59,697 nucleotides of DNA from a virus (IMGVR_UViG_3300032007_000013), one strand, 5' to 3'. Positions 38,469-49,204 are shown, numbered from the stretch's first letter. The notes: generated by a model from the letters alone, not told the origin. Numbers and translations are program-made.

Positions 38469-40955
38469 ATGTTCGACATCAATGTTATCAATGACTGGTA
38501 CGCAGAGCAGGAGTTAAACTGGGAAGAAAACCCGGTTGAGGATTGGCCGGACGATCTGTGGGACGATTAAAAAAGTCCCACAGAAAAATAAAAAAAAAGA
38601 CTTGACAAGCCCGGGCATGTATGCTATAATGTAATCACAAAAGGAAAAGGAGATAAAAAAAATGAACGCTAACGAAATCAAAGAAAGAATTGAAAAGCTG
38701 GAACGCTGGTGCTGGTTTGAGCAGATGGCAGATTTTATGAACTGGACAGCCTACGACAAAGCACAGGCCGAAATCAAAGAACTTAAAAAAAAGTTAGAAG
38801 AAATTGAAAAAAAGGCTTGACAAGCAAAAGCCAATAGTGTATAATGAAATCACAAAAGGAAAGAAAAGGAGAATAAAAAAATGAGTTATTTTATGGGAAA
38901 TGGTCGTGCTGATACCTGCCGCAATGGTGAAGCCTACAAGGGCAAGGCGGTTGAAATGGTGATTGATGTGCTGGAAATCCGCGACGGCTTTGAACTTCGC
39001 AAGGCGAGCGATAGCACCGGAACAGCGGCAAAGTTCCGCATCTTCTGGGATGGTGAGTGCATCAGCACCGTCTACAATGAAAAGGAAGCACGGGCACTGT
39101 TTAACGACTTCGCCCCAGCACCCCAGCGGAAGGCGGGACGCCCTAAGAAGAACGCGGCTTAAAAAGCCGCTTCTTTATCGCCCGGGCAAAAGTTACAAAA
39201 GAAAGACATTGACAAATAGCTAAAAGCATGTTATAATGTAATCACAAAAGAGAAAAGGAGATAAAAAAAATGACTATTTACAAGGTTGCTGCGTACAACA
39301 AATTTGAAGATGAATGGTATTTGGATGGGTACTATGTCCATTATAAAAACGCTAATGCAAGAATGGATGAACTTGATAAACCTTGGACAAATGCCAACGG
39401 CATTGAATTTCATACTGCCACGCTCGAAATAATTGAAACTAAGGATTAAAAATCCTTAGTTTTTTTATTAAAAAATGCTTGACAAAACAAGTCACTTGTG
39501 CTATACTATAATCACAAAAGAGAAAAGGAGATAAAAAAAATGACTTACGAAGAAATGTATGACCTGCTGGCCGATACTCTCGGAATTGATGAAGACGCTC
39601 TCGATCTGGCATTTGCCATTGGCGGATGCAACGAAGAAACCGCCGAAAGAATTTTGTTCTACTACACTGGCTGGCATTCTTTTGAGGGCTGGCTTGGTGA
39701 ACAGGAAGAGGACTGAAAAAGTCCTCTTCCGCCCGGGCGGAAAAGTTACAAAAGAAAAACATTGACAAGTCCAACAGAGTATGCTATAATAAAGGCACAA
39801 AGAAAGAAAAGGAGAATAAAAAATGAAGGTCAAGGAGTTAATCAATGTTCTTAATAACTATAACCCTGATGATGATGTCGAGGTCGTAGGTAATAGTGAT
39901 GGAGCAGTAATCCAGATCGGCAATTATAGGCCCTGCGTTGGCCTTTATGGCAAGAAGTATTTTATCTTTGTTTCAAAGGATGAAATCACCACTTAAAAAA
40001 ATAAAAAAGGGGCTTGACAAAACAAGCCCCGCATGATATAATACAATCACAAAGAAAGAAAAGGAGAAATAAAAATGACTACCTGTGCTGAGTGTCTGTG
40101 CCATGATGAGTGCCCGCTGTATCGCGGTGAAGATACCGACCAATGCTGGTATGAAAAAATCAGAAAAGAAAAGGAGAACAAAGAAAATGAAAAAGTTTGA
40201 AACCAAGATTACCCGCGACAATGCAGAAGTCAAGTGCATTGTGGAAGCTATCGACAAAGACCACGCCGCCCGCCGCTTCTTTGAGATTCTGGGAGAGCAC
40301 GGCCTGAAAATCAAGGAACTGTAAAAAGTTCCTTGACTTTTGCCCGGGCGATTTACCTCAAAAATTTTAAGTAAAAAAATTAAAAAAGGGGCTTGACAAA
40401 TGCCCGAGCTTGTGCTATTATAATACCAGAAAGAGCAAAGGAGATAAAAAAAATGAACATGAATGAGAAAATTAAGGAACTGGAAGCCAAAGGATATAGC
40501 AAGCATGACTATGAAGTAAATGAAGCTGCTGACAGTGGATGGATTATCACAGTTTATACCAGTCTGTGGAGTTTTGAAGAATATCTGTATGATACAGATG
40601 GAAATCCCATTGAAGCAACAGAAATCAATCTGTATGGCAAGCCCCAAAAAATTTATTAAATTGGGGCTTGACAAATAAAACAAAGCATGTTATAATAAAT
40701 ACAGAAAGAAAGAAAAGGAGAAATAAAAAAATGATTATTGAAAAAATTGAGATCGGCAAAATCTGGGAAGGTGGATTTAACGATTATCATTTCCAATGCC
40801 GCCCTGCTGGAAGCACAGAACCTTTTGATGTTGGGACAATGTACTTTGAAGACTTTGAAGCGTGGAGAGAAGGCGTAACCACCATTGAAAAAATGAAAGA
40901 TGTCCTTTTCCCCGAGGTCTATAAAATGTTAAAAGAAATGAAAAAAAGGGCTTGA
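38469..40955 (+). CDS. Ten small early ORFs (38469-38570, 38662-38820, 38881-39162, 39270-39449, 39540-39716, 39823-39996, 40075-40200, 40187-40324, 40453-40659, 40731-40955)
   Basis: SD-led ORFs, nearly all behind individual promoters. Several are strongly acidic or Cys-rich. Confidence 0.65.
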
Positions 40956-40984
40956 CAAGTTCAAGCCCTTATGTTATAATGTAA

Positions 40985-41037
40985 TCACAGGTTGAGGGAA
41001 ACCGCACTCGGGCAGAAGAGGGGAAGGACTGACTTTA
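40985..41037 (+). ncRNA. Repeated small RNA candidate, copy 3
   Basis: Promoter at 40952 followed by CACAGGTTGAGGGAAACCGCACTCGGGCAGAAGAGGGG. Confidence 0.55.
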
Positions 41038-41139
41038 AGTTACAAAATAGTAACAAATAGTTCCAAAAGAAAGTTGTTGACATAATACAGTTGACATGCT
41101 ATAATGATACCAGAAGTTAGGAAAGAGAGGAAATAAAAA

Positions 41140-41220
41140 ATGTATCAGACCGCTATTGCCGCCGCCCTTGTTGTTATCTTTGCCGTAGCACTTGCCGCAA
41201 TTTATTTAAGAAATTTATAA
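41140..41220 (+). CDS. 26-aa hydrophobic membrane peptide
   Basis: MYQTAIAAALVVIFAVALAAIYLRNL, with promoter and SD. Confidence 0.55.
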   Translation: MYQTAIAAALVVIFAVALAAIYLRNL

Positions 41221-41293
41221 AAAAGGGCTTGACAAGCCCGGGCATGTATGCTATAATGTAATCACAAAAGGAAAAGAAAAGGAGATAAAAAAA

Positions 41294-41515
41294 ATGGAAA
41301 AGAAATTCATTTATGACGTTGCGGGCTACACCTTTGAAGATACCGAAGCCTTTGGCAAGGCTTGGAAGGCCGCAAAGGAAAAGGCCACCGCTCTCCACTG
41401 TGCGATTTATCGCACTGTCCGCAAAGGTGAGACGGAACGCCGGGAAGTGTTCTTCAAGGCTGGGTGCTTCAACAATGTGGAGTATGCCACTGTCCACGAA
41501 GTGATGATTTTCTGA
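41294..41515 (+). CDS. Small early protein, paralog of 47812-48030
   Basis: Shared KKF.Y.VAG...AFG.AWK.A..KAT.LH..IYR...GCF. Confidence 0.75.
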   Translation: MEKKFIYDVAGYTFEDTEAFGKAWKAAKEKATALHCAIYRTVRKGETERREVFFKAGCFNNVEYATVHEVMIF

Positions 41516-41613
41516 GGGATAAAAAATCCCTCAGAAAATTAAAAAAAAGTATTGACAAGTAAAACAGATTATGCTATAATACAGACAGAAAGAAAGAAAA
41601 GGAGAATAAAACA

Positions 41614-42769
41614 ATGAAAGTTAAAATGAATCAACTAACCTACCACGCAAAAGAAGAGAGACGCGACAGACGCGAAATCGTCAAACAAGTAGGAATTGGC
41701 AGACCTATCGCACAGGTTAAGAAATTCAGTGATAACGACAGAGAAAAAACTGAAATGCTCACTGATACAGGCTTGATTGTGGTGATGGGTGATGATAACA
41801 AGATTATTACTTTGTATCTCGCAAGCACCGCAAAAGCGGCGGCAGTTTATAAGTCAGCCCATGGGGCAAATGCAATGATGCCTGTACAAATCTTTGAACA
41901 AATCAAAATCAATCGTATCATGTTCCCCGCTGATTAAAGCGGGGAATTGATTTTTATAAAAAAAAATGATATAATAAATTATAAAATAAAATAAAGGAGG
42001 CCGAAAAAGTTATGGATTTAATGCTTGCCCGGGCACTTTTAGCAATCGCAAAATATTGTGCTTCTTGTGATGATTGTGATAAATGTGTTTTACGCGATTT
42101 CTGCGGGAAAATGCCATTAGAGTGGTAATTAACGCGGCGACCGTACCCAATCGGGGCGGTTCGAACTTTCGCACGGTAAAGCGTTGAAGAATTTTTCGGC
42201 CATTGAGTCGGGCAAAACTTTTAATACTTTTTGCCCGAAACCTATTGACAAATAAATACATTTGTGTTATATTATAATTGTTCCAAGAGAGAACAACAAA
42301 AATAAAAAAGGAGAATACAACAATGTATAATGTGCGATTTGTTGACACTGTCCATGGCGAAATCGAGGAAAATTTCGAGACCTATGACGAAGCGATGGAA
42401 TACTGGAATGACTATGCGGATACCGAGTCTTGCGTGGCTGGTGTTCTGATGGATTTGGATAACTGCGAAATTCTTTGGAATTTTGACGATAGGGAGGCAG
42501 AATAAATGAAAAAGATTCTTGCTTTTATCCTTGTCTTTGTTCTTGTTCTGTCTCTTGCTGGATCAGCATGGGCTGATTTTAACATGAGCCTATTTGACAC
42601 AAAGTATAGTTTTAATTATGCTTATGTGGGTTTGCCTAATGGTAAAACGATCGAGGGCGAAGTCAAGAACTGGAAAGACTGGGATGATTCGGACATGTTG
42701 CAGGTAACTTTTGTAGACGGCTCAACCTATTATACCCATTCGTCTAACATTGTACTGATTTCAAAATAA
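41614..42769 (+). CDS. Four early ORFs (41614-41937, Cys-rich 42012-42128, acidic 42323-42505, signal-peptide-bearing 42506-42769)
   Basis: SD-led ORFs. The last begins MKKILAFILVFVLVLSLAGSAWA. Confidence 0.65.
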
Positions 42770-42842
42770 TAATAAAAAAGGGCTTGACAAACAAGCCCTT
42801 TTGTGCTATTATAATACCAGAAAGAGAAAAGGAGATAAAAAA

Positions 42843-43307
42843 ATGACTACTTACAGAGAACACCTCATCGACCGCATGACTCACATTTATGGACTTGAAA
42901 ATCCTATTGTGATTGAGTTTTGCCGCTACTGCGAAGACTGGGCCGATAATGATTGGAATAACAAAATGCTAAAGTGGCTTGTAGACGCCCATGCAGAAAA
43001 CCCCGTCTTTGAGGAAGATTAAAAATCTTCCTCAATCGCCCGGGCGGAAAAGTTACAAAAGAAAAACATTGACAAGTAAAGCAAAATGTGGTATTATAAT
43101 ACCAGAAAAGGAAAGGGGAATAAAAAAATGACTATTTACAGAGAACATCTTGTTGACCGCTTGACTCGTATTTATGGCCCCAAAAACCCCATCGTGATTG
43201 AGTTTTGCGGCTACTGTGAGCGCTGGGCGGACAGTGAAAAGAATGATATGTTGTTAGCCTTGTACGTAGAAACCGAGGGGAGATATCCCGCGATTAAGAA
43301 AGATTAA
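42843..43307 (+). CDS. Tandem paralog pair (42843-43022, 43128-43307)
   Basis: Both read MT.YREHL.DR.T.IYG..NPIVIEFC.YCE.WAD, each with its own promoter and a trailing GCCCGGGC. Confidence 0.8.
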
Positions 43308-43411
43308 GTATCTTTCTTAATCGCCCGGGCGGAAAAGTTACAAAAGAAAGACATTGACAAATAAATCATGATGTGCTATAATAAAGGCACAAAAAGAAAA
43401 GGAGAAAAACA

Positions 43412-43849
43412 ATGAATAAGGTTTTAAAAAAAGTAAAGACATGGGCTGGACCTGTGGGCGATTGGTGGTATTTCCATTGGGAAGAAGTGCTGGTGATTGG
43501 TTCAATGCTTCTTCTGGTGGTTGGGATGGTTTTCCTTGCTCTGTGGTCAAACGGGGCTTTTTATGATGAGGTCGAAAATTATGACTTCACCGCCCAAGTG
43601 TATGATAAAGACCATTATACTACGACTTCAACCTCTTATATTAAAAGTGGAGATAGCCGCATCCCTGTGACTCATACTCACCATCACTACAAAGTAATGT
43701 GGGAAGATGGTGGAGAGCGTGGCACATTTGAAATCGGTGAAGACCATTATGATTTAATTAAAATCGGAGACTTTATCAATGTCCATTGTTCTGTGAGAGC
43801 AGACAAGCAAGGGGAACTTCATTATTATTATAGTTTCAAGGGATATTAA
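43412..43849 (+). CDS. Membrane-anchored early protein
   Basis: Single hydrophobic segment followed by a beta-rich domain. Confidence 0.7.
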   Translation: MNKVLKKVKTWAGPVGDWWYFHWEEVLVIGSMLLLVVGMVFLALWSNGAFYDEVENYDFTAQVYDKDHYTTTSTSYIKSGDSRIPVTHTHHHYKVMWEDGGERGTFEIGEDHYDLIKIGDFINVHCSVRADKQGELHYYYSFKGY

Positions 43850-43940
43850 AATCCCTTGAAATTTTTTTCAAAAAGTGCTTGACAAGTCCAGAAGAGTATG
43901 CTATAATGAAGGCACAAAGGAAGAAAAGGAGAACAAAAAA

Positions 43941-44411
43941 ATGAATGATGAAGTAATTAAGGCAATGAACAAACAGCCCCGCAAAGAAAGCGACCTCAAA
44001 AAGTGGTGGAGGAAAAACAGTTATAAAGTTTGGCGTGTCGTGCTGTTTCCCATTTGGGCTTATGTGTGGAGCAGAGACAAGATTAAAAATTATCTCAATT
44101 CCCGCACTGAGTGGAGCGAAACCAGAGCGAATGAGATTCTTAATTATTACATTCCTCGTCGTGCTGACTGGAATAATGAAAATAAAACCTTTTATCTTTT
44201 TGATAATGGGTATGGGTGGTCGATGGGCTTCGCTAAAAAGTATCTGAAACTTAAAGACCGCAGATTTTGGAAACTTTACGCCAGTTGGTGCGGTGGGCGT
44301 GTCCGCAATTATCTTATCAATAATTTTGAACTGGAAGGATTCACCAAAGAAGTCGGTAACTGCTGGGATGGCTGGACTGAAATCACTTTCAGAATGAAAA
44401 CAGAGGATTAA
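43941..44411 (+). CDS. Trp-rich hypothetical protein
   Basis: SD-corrected start MNDEVIKAM. Confidence 0.7.
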   Translation: MNDEVIKAMNKQPRKESDLKKWWRKNSYKVWRVVLFPIWAYVWSRDKIKNYLNSRTEWSETRANEILNYYIPRRADWNNENKTFYLFDNGYGWSMGFAKKYLKLKDRRFWKLYASWCGGRVRNYLINNFELEGFTKEVGNCWDGWTEITFRMKTED

Positions 44412-44473
44412 AAAAATCCTCTGTTTTTTTAAAAAAGGGCTTGACAAATCGCCCGGGCTATGTTATATTATAG

Positions 44474-44523
44474 TCACAGGCGGAGGGACGCCACACTCGG
44501 GTAGTAGAGGGGGAGGCTTTTTT
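44474..44523 (+). ncRNA. Repeated small RNA candidate, copy 4 (covariant stem)
   Basis: Promoter at 44441 followed by CACAGGCGGAGGGACGCCACACTCGGGTAGTAGAGGGG. Confidence 0.55.
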
Positions 44524-44657
44524 ATTTGGAGGATGAGGGGGAGGTCGCCCGGGCGGCAACAAAAGAAAAACAAAAAGTTACAAAAGAAAGTCATTGACAA
44601 ATGCCCGGGCCTGTGGTATTATAATACCAGAAAGAGAGATAAAGGAGGATAAAAAAA

Positions 44658-46196
44658 ATGTACTTCGTTCTTGACATTGTCAGTAATAAAACCGTAGCAA
44701 TGACCGCTTTTAAGGATGCCGCTGAAATTATCGCCGCAAACTTCCCCGCAAAGTGCGTTGTTCGCTACGCCGCTGAAATAGTTAGCGGATACTCTAAGGA
44801 CAGCATGTTCTTTGAGAATGAGCAGGAAATGGAAAAAGGGGCTTGACAAAATAGCCCCTTTGTGATAGAATACCAATAGAAACAGAAAAGGAGAAATAAA
44901 AATGATGTATGACATTTATCCCTGCGATCTCGACCCCTTCGGTGAATGCCCGAAGCATTGTCAGGATTGTGCCCATTGCGTGGGCTGGTTCATGAATGAA
45001 CCAGAGGACGACGAAGAAAATTAAAAAAGGGGCTTGACAAATACAGCCCCCTGTGCTATAATAAAAACACAATGAAGGAGATGAAAACAATGAAAGCACG
45101 ACCGCCGCCCGCAAGGGTATGTGATTGGATTACTAATAAATTAGATAGTAATGTATAGGAGAATAAACTAATGAATAGAATTAGAGATGAGACGAAAACC
45201 TTTTAAGGTTTTCTAATAGATAGTATAGAATGATAGTAAAAAAATGAGGAAAAACTAATGAATAGAATTAGAGATGAGACCAAAACCATTTAAGGTTTTC
45301 GATGAATAGATTAGAATGATAGTAATAAAATAGAATAGAAGTAAGTGCCAAGGGGCGGCTCGGTTGGAGGATGGAAGTAGCCGAAAAAATTTTTCAATAA
45401 ATTTTGAAAAACCCCTTGACAAATGCCCGGGCATTTGCTATAATACAATCACAAAGAGAAAACAAGGAGGAAAAGAAAATGATGAATAGTGATTACTGGG
45501 AAGTCCACGAGGCCGAATGGCTCGCCGCGCAGGAGTGCATGGAATGGCTCCTGTTTGAGGCCGACATGGCCACTGACCCCTACCGGGATTAAAACCCGGT
45601 AGGGAGAAAATACTTGACAAGTCCAAAAGTGTATGATATAATTAAGGCACGAAAACAAAGGAGATAAAAAAATGAGAACTTGTAAAAATTGCGGTTGCTA
45701 TCTTCCCGATAATTGGACTACCTGCCCCGCATGCTTTACAAATGAAAATGAACAGCAAGAAATAAAAAAGGTTGTTTATAAAGAAACTAAACCACGTGAA
45801 TCTCTTTCTTTTAATGTTTGCCGTGTGGATATTCTTCATAAAAACAACACTAAATCTTCTAATATTTTTGCTTCTTATGAAAATGCTGTCAAGTTTGCTC
45901 ACCACATGACTTGTCGTGCTGATGTTGCTATTGTTCTTGTCGTTGATAGCCGTAGCGGAAAAATAATTGAAAAATTTTCTCGCAAAGGGTATTGACAAAT
46001 CCAAAAACGTATGGTATAATTAAGGCACAAAAGGAAAAGAAAAGGAGATAAAAAAATGTACGAATACACAATCCGTTATCTTGAAAATGGCGAAGAGGAT
46101 TTCCTTTATGGCTATTCTCGTCAGGATTTAGCAAGACGCTATCCCGAAATCCCGACTGACAGTTATGTCATTGTTTGCCGCGAGTACATCGACTGA
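44658..46196 (+). CDS. Small early ORFs (44658-44846, 44902-45024, 45479-45592, Zn-ribbon 45672-45995, 46056-46196)
   Basis: SD-led and promoter-linked. 45672 has CKNC...CPAC. Confidence 0.65.
45165..45335 (+). repeat. ~87-bp tandem duplication in a non-coding purine-rich tract
   Basis: AAACTAATGAATAGAATTAGAGATGAGAC-AAAACC-TTTAAGGTTTT...TAGAATGATAGTAA occurs twice. Confidence 0.85.
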
Positions 46197-46518
46197 TTAC
46201 TCGCGGTTTTCTATTCATTTTTTTAGAATGGTTATGCATTGTATAAGCATACATTATAAATGAATTTTATACGGGCCATTTTTGGCGCGCCGCCCCTGGT
46301 CGATGCGGCGCGTTTTTCGCTGTAATAATTCTGCCACAATTTTGTCATCAATTTGTAACACATTCGTATGAACAAGTAAAGTCCCGAAATGAATAATTAT
46401 ACAATAAATAATGAATAAAAATTCAGAAAATTTTTTTGAAAAAATTAAAAAAAAGTGTTGACAAACGCCCGGGCATCTGCTATAATCATAGACAGAAAGG
46501 GACAAGGAGGACGAAAAA

Positions 46519-46926
46519 ATGACTAACTACTACTTCGACATGGACGGCGTTCTGGCTGACTTCCATGGTGCTTATACTGATAGGGCACAGGCTTTTCAGT
46601 ATGATTTTATCGCTAACCTTGCCCCGTTTACCGCAAATGTTGAGCTGGCAAAGTCCCTCATGGCACAGGGCAATCGGGTTTACATTTCCACCATTGCCGC
46701 AAGTGAAGAAGCAAAGCAGGCGAAAATTGATTGGCTTGCAAAGTATCTCCCGGAGATCCCCCGTTATCGCATCATCATCATCGTGGGGCATGGCAACAAG
46801 GCCGAACACATGAAAACGAAGACCGGAATCCTCATTGATGACAAGCGTGCCAATTGCCGCCAGTGGGAAAAGGCTGGACAGCATGCGGTTTGGCTGGAAA
46901 TCAAGGGGGGAGCAATCTCCCTTTGA
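46519..46926 (+). CDS. HAD-superfamily 5'(3')-nucleotidase-like protein
   Basis: YFDMDGVLAD, K..WL..YLP, K, ILIDD...N...W. Confidence 0.8.
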   Translation: MTNYYFDMDGVLADFHGAYTDRAQAFQYDFIANLAPFTANVELAKSLMAQGNRVYISTIAASEEAKQAKIDWLAKYLPEIPRYRIIIIVGHGNKAEHMKTKTGILIDDKRANCRQWEKAGQHAVWLEIKGGAISL

Positions 46927-47021
46927 TTCTAAAAAAAAATTATTTTGTAATCATTTTGTAGTTGATTTTGCCCGGGCTATTTGCTATAATTAAGCCAGAA
47001 AGAAACAAGGGGGACAAAAAA

Positions 47022-47456
47022 ATGTACGCTATCGCTTATACAAACATCATCACCTGCAAGAAGTCCGGCGACACCGCACAGCAGACCGCAAACTTCTATC
47101 ACACCGGACGGACTGAAAGACATGACGATCGCCCGTGGTATGAGGGAAGCGACATTGAAGAAATTCACGCTTCTGTTAAGTCCAACGGCTTCAGCCTTGC
47201 CGATGGCCGCACCAATCACGGCGATACTCTGGAAGAAAAATGGAATGACTTCCGCACTCGTACCGCTTCCAATCTCTTTATTTATGTAACAAATGACTTT
47301 ATCGGCTATTATATGACGATTGAAGAATTTGAAGAGTTTGTAAAAATGTGGTGCTATGTTAGCACAGAATCCGCAAAAAACGGCGGGCGGTCTAAGATTA
47401 GATGTAAGCATGAAAGCCAAAAAATGCGGAATTGGTTAGCTCACAGGGCGGGATAA
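47022..47456 (+). CDS. Hypothetical protein, paralog of 49205-49660
   Basis: Shared SDIE...SVK...F.L and F.YV...M...EFE.FVK..C....ES......K.R.K. Confidence 0.7.
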   Translation: MYAIAYTNIITCKKSGDTAQQTANFYHTGRTERHDDRPWYEGSDIEEIHASVKSNGFSLADGRTNHGDTLEEKWNDFRTRTASNLFIYVTNDFIGYYMTIEEFEEFVKMWCYVSTESAKNGGRSKIRCKHESQKMRNWLAHRAG

Positions 47457-47563
47457 AAAAACCCGCCCAAAATAAAAAAAGTTCTTGACAAATCCGGATT
47501 TGTAGTGTATAATCCTAAGTGTAAAGGGGTTAAGGAAAGCCCCAAGAGAAAGGAGAAAAGACA

Positions 47564-48030
47564 ATGTTCTTTGAAATCGTTGAAATTGCTGAAACCGCAT
47601 GGGGCGATGATGATGTTATTCGTGGCCGCTTTGATACTCTTGCCGAAGCCGAAGCTTTTATCGCTGAAACCTATGGCGATGATGTGGATGACATTTATGT
47701 GCAGGATTCTATGGGAGAAGTCGTCTGGGGCTAAAAAAAGTTCTTGACAAATCCGGCTCTATAGTGTATAATCCTAAGTGTAAAGAAGAGATACGAAAGG
47801 AAGTAAAGAAAATGAAAAAGTTCGTTTATCAAGTAGCAGGTTTTGAGTATGTCGGCTTTGAAGCTTTTGGGGATGCGTGGAAGCAGGCCAGAGCCAAGGC
47901 CACCGAACTTCACGCGGGCATCTATCGTCTGGTTATCAAGGGCGAAATTGTCAAGCAGGAAGTGCTGGTAAATGGTGGGTGCTTCCTCTCCGTGGATCGC
48001 GTACAGCCTGAGCAGGTGCTCATCTTCTAA
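47564..48030 (+). CDS. Two small ORFs (acidic 47564-47734, and 47812-48030)
   Basis: Each is behind a near-identical promoter GTTCTTGACAAATCCGG....TAGTGTATAATCCTAAGTGTAAAG. Confidence 0.7.
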
Positions 48031-48297
48031 GGGACTTGAATAAAGTCCCATTTTTTTTGGCTATTTATGCATTGTATACTCATTCATTTTCAATGAAACT
48101 TTATTCATTTCGGCGTGCCGCTCCTGGTCGACGCGGCACGTTTCCAGTATAACATACGCTGGGCAAAAAATCAATAGGCAAAATGCACAAAATTTTAACC
48201 TCGGCGGTTTCCCGAAAATTCCTTTGTGCAAAATGACGAATCGCTCAAAAATTGAAAAAAACTCTTGCAATCTGTGTTATAGTATGGTATTATAACA

Positions 48298-48792
48298 GTG
48301 TCAGGAGGGGTTGAGAGAATCCCCCACCCGACCCGGCGGTTCTTAAGGGTTCATCCTTAAAGCCCTTCCCCAATGGCGGTTCCCGTGAGTAGCCCCGCCC
48401 TCGGCCTTCGGGCAAACAAAAGCTAACACCCCACGCAGGCGGTGGAGTTAAAAAACAGCCGCTGGTTATGGTTCCAGAGTCAACAAAACAACCAACCGCG
48501 TACACGCGAAAGGCTTCCCACCATCGAAGCCGAGTAGGACAGGCCGCCACCTGACACCGCGGGATAGAAATAGAGGCCAACGGCTTCCCCAAGTGGCAGG
48601 GAAGCCAAGCCCAACGGAGCCAGCAGTAAATCGCCTGTGAGCGTCGTAAGACTGGCAAGAGCCGAGGAGCCGCACGCCGAAGTCCTACTGTGCGGGATAT
48701 AAATGTGGAGGCAACATGCGGGGAGCTTCTGGAACCCCCAGGCTGGTAGGATGGAAGCAACGGGACGGGAACAAAAAGCCCGCCCCATTTTT
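48298..48792 (+). ncRNA. Large structured ncRNA candidate (~490 nt)
   Basis: Promoter TTGCAA-17-TATTAT at 48265-48293. GC-rich, no SD-led ORF, nested long-range helices and multiple hairpins. Confidence 0.6.
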
Positions 48793-49204
48793 ATTACTCT
48801 CTGTATAATGCATTTTATACATTAAAACCTGTATAAAGATTCATTTTCGGCGGCCCGCTTCCAGACGCTGCGGGCCGTTTTTCGCTTTAACACGCTAAAG
48901 CGATAAATTGTTAGCGATTTAGCACGCTAAAGTGCTACCACGGTAAATCCCTAAACCTACTGGGTTAGTATACTTTAGTACGCTAAATCGTTAAACCTAT
49001 ATGCCCAATAGGTATATATACTTTAACACATTAAATCGCTAATATACTAAAACCTATATAGCCAGTAGGAGATTACAAAATAGTAACAATATAAAACAAT
49101 ATGGATAATTAGTATTGACATGTGCGGGATATGGTGTTATACTAATACTGTAAGTAAGAGAAAGAGAACAAGAAACAAAGAGATTACAAAGGAGTTACAG
49201 AATT

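Noticed and set aside
48298-48792. tmRNA or RNase P identity for the large RNA
   Set aside because: No tRNA-like 3' T-arm with CCA, and no GAGGAAAGUCC-type core in the expected order.
48919-48940. CIRCE (HrcA) element suggested by TTAGCAC...GTGCTA
   Set aside because: Spacing is far shorter than TTAGCACTC-N9-GAGTGCTAA.
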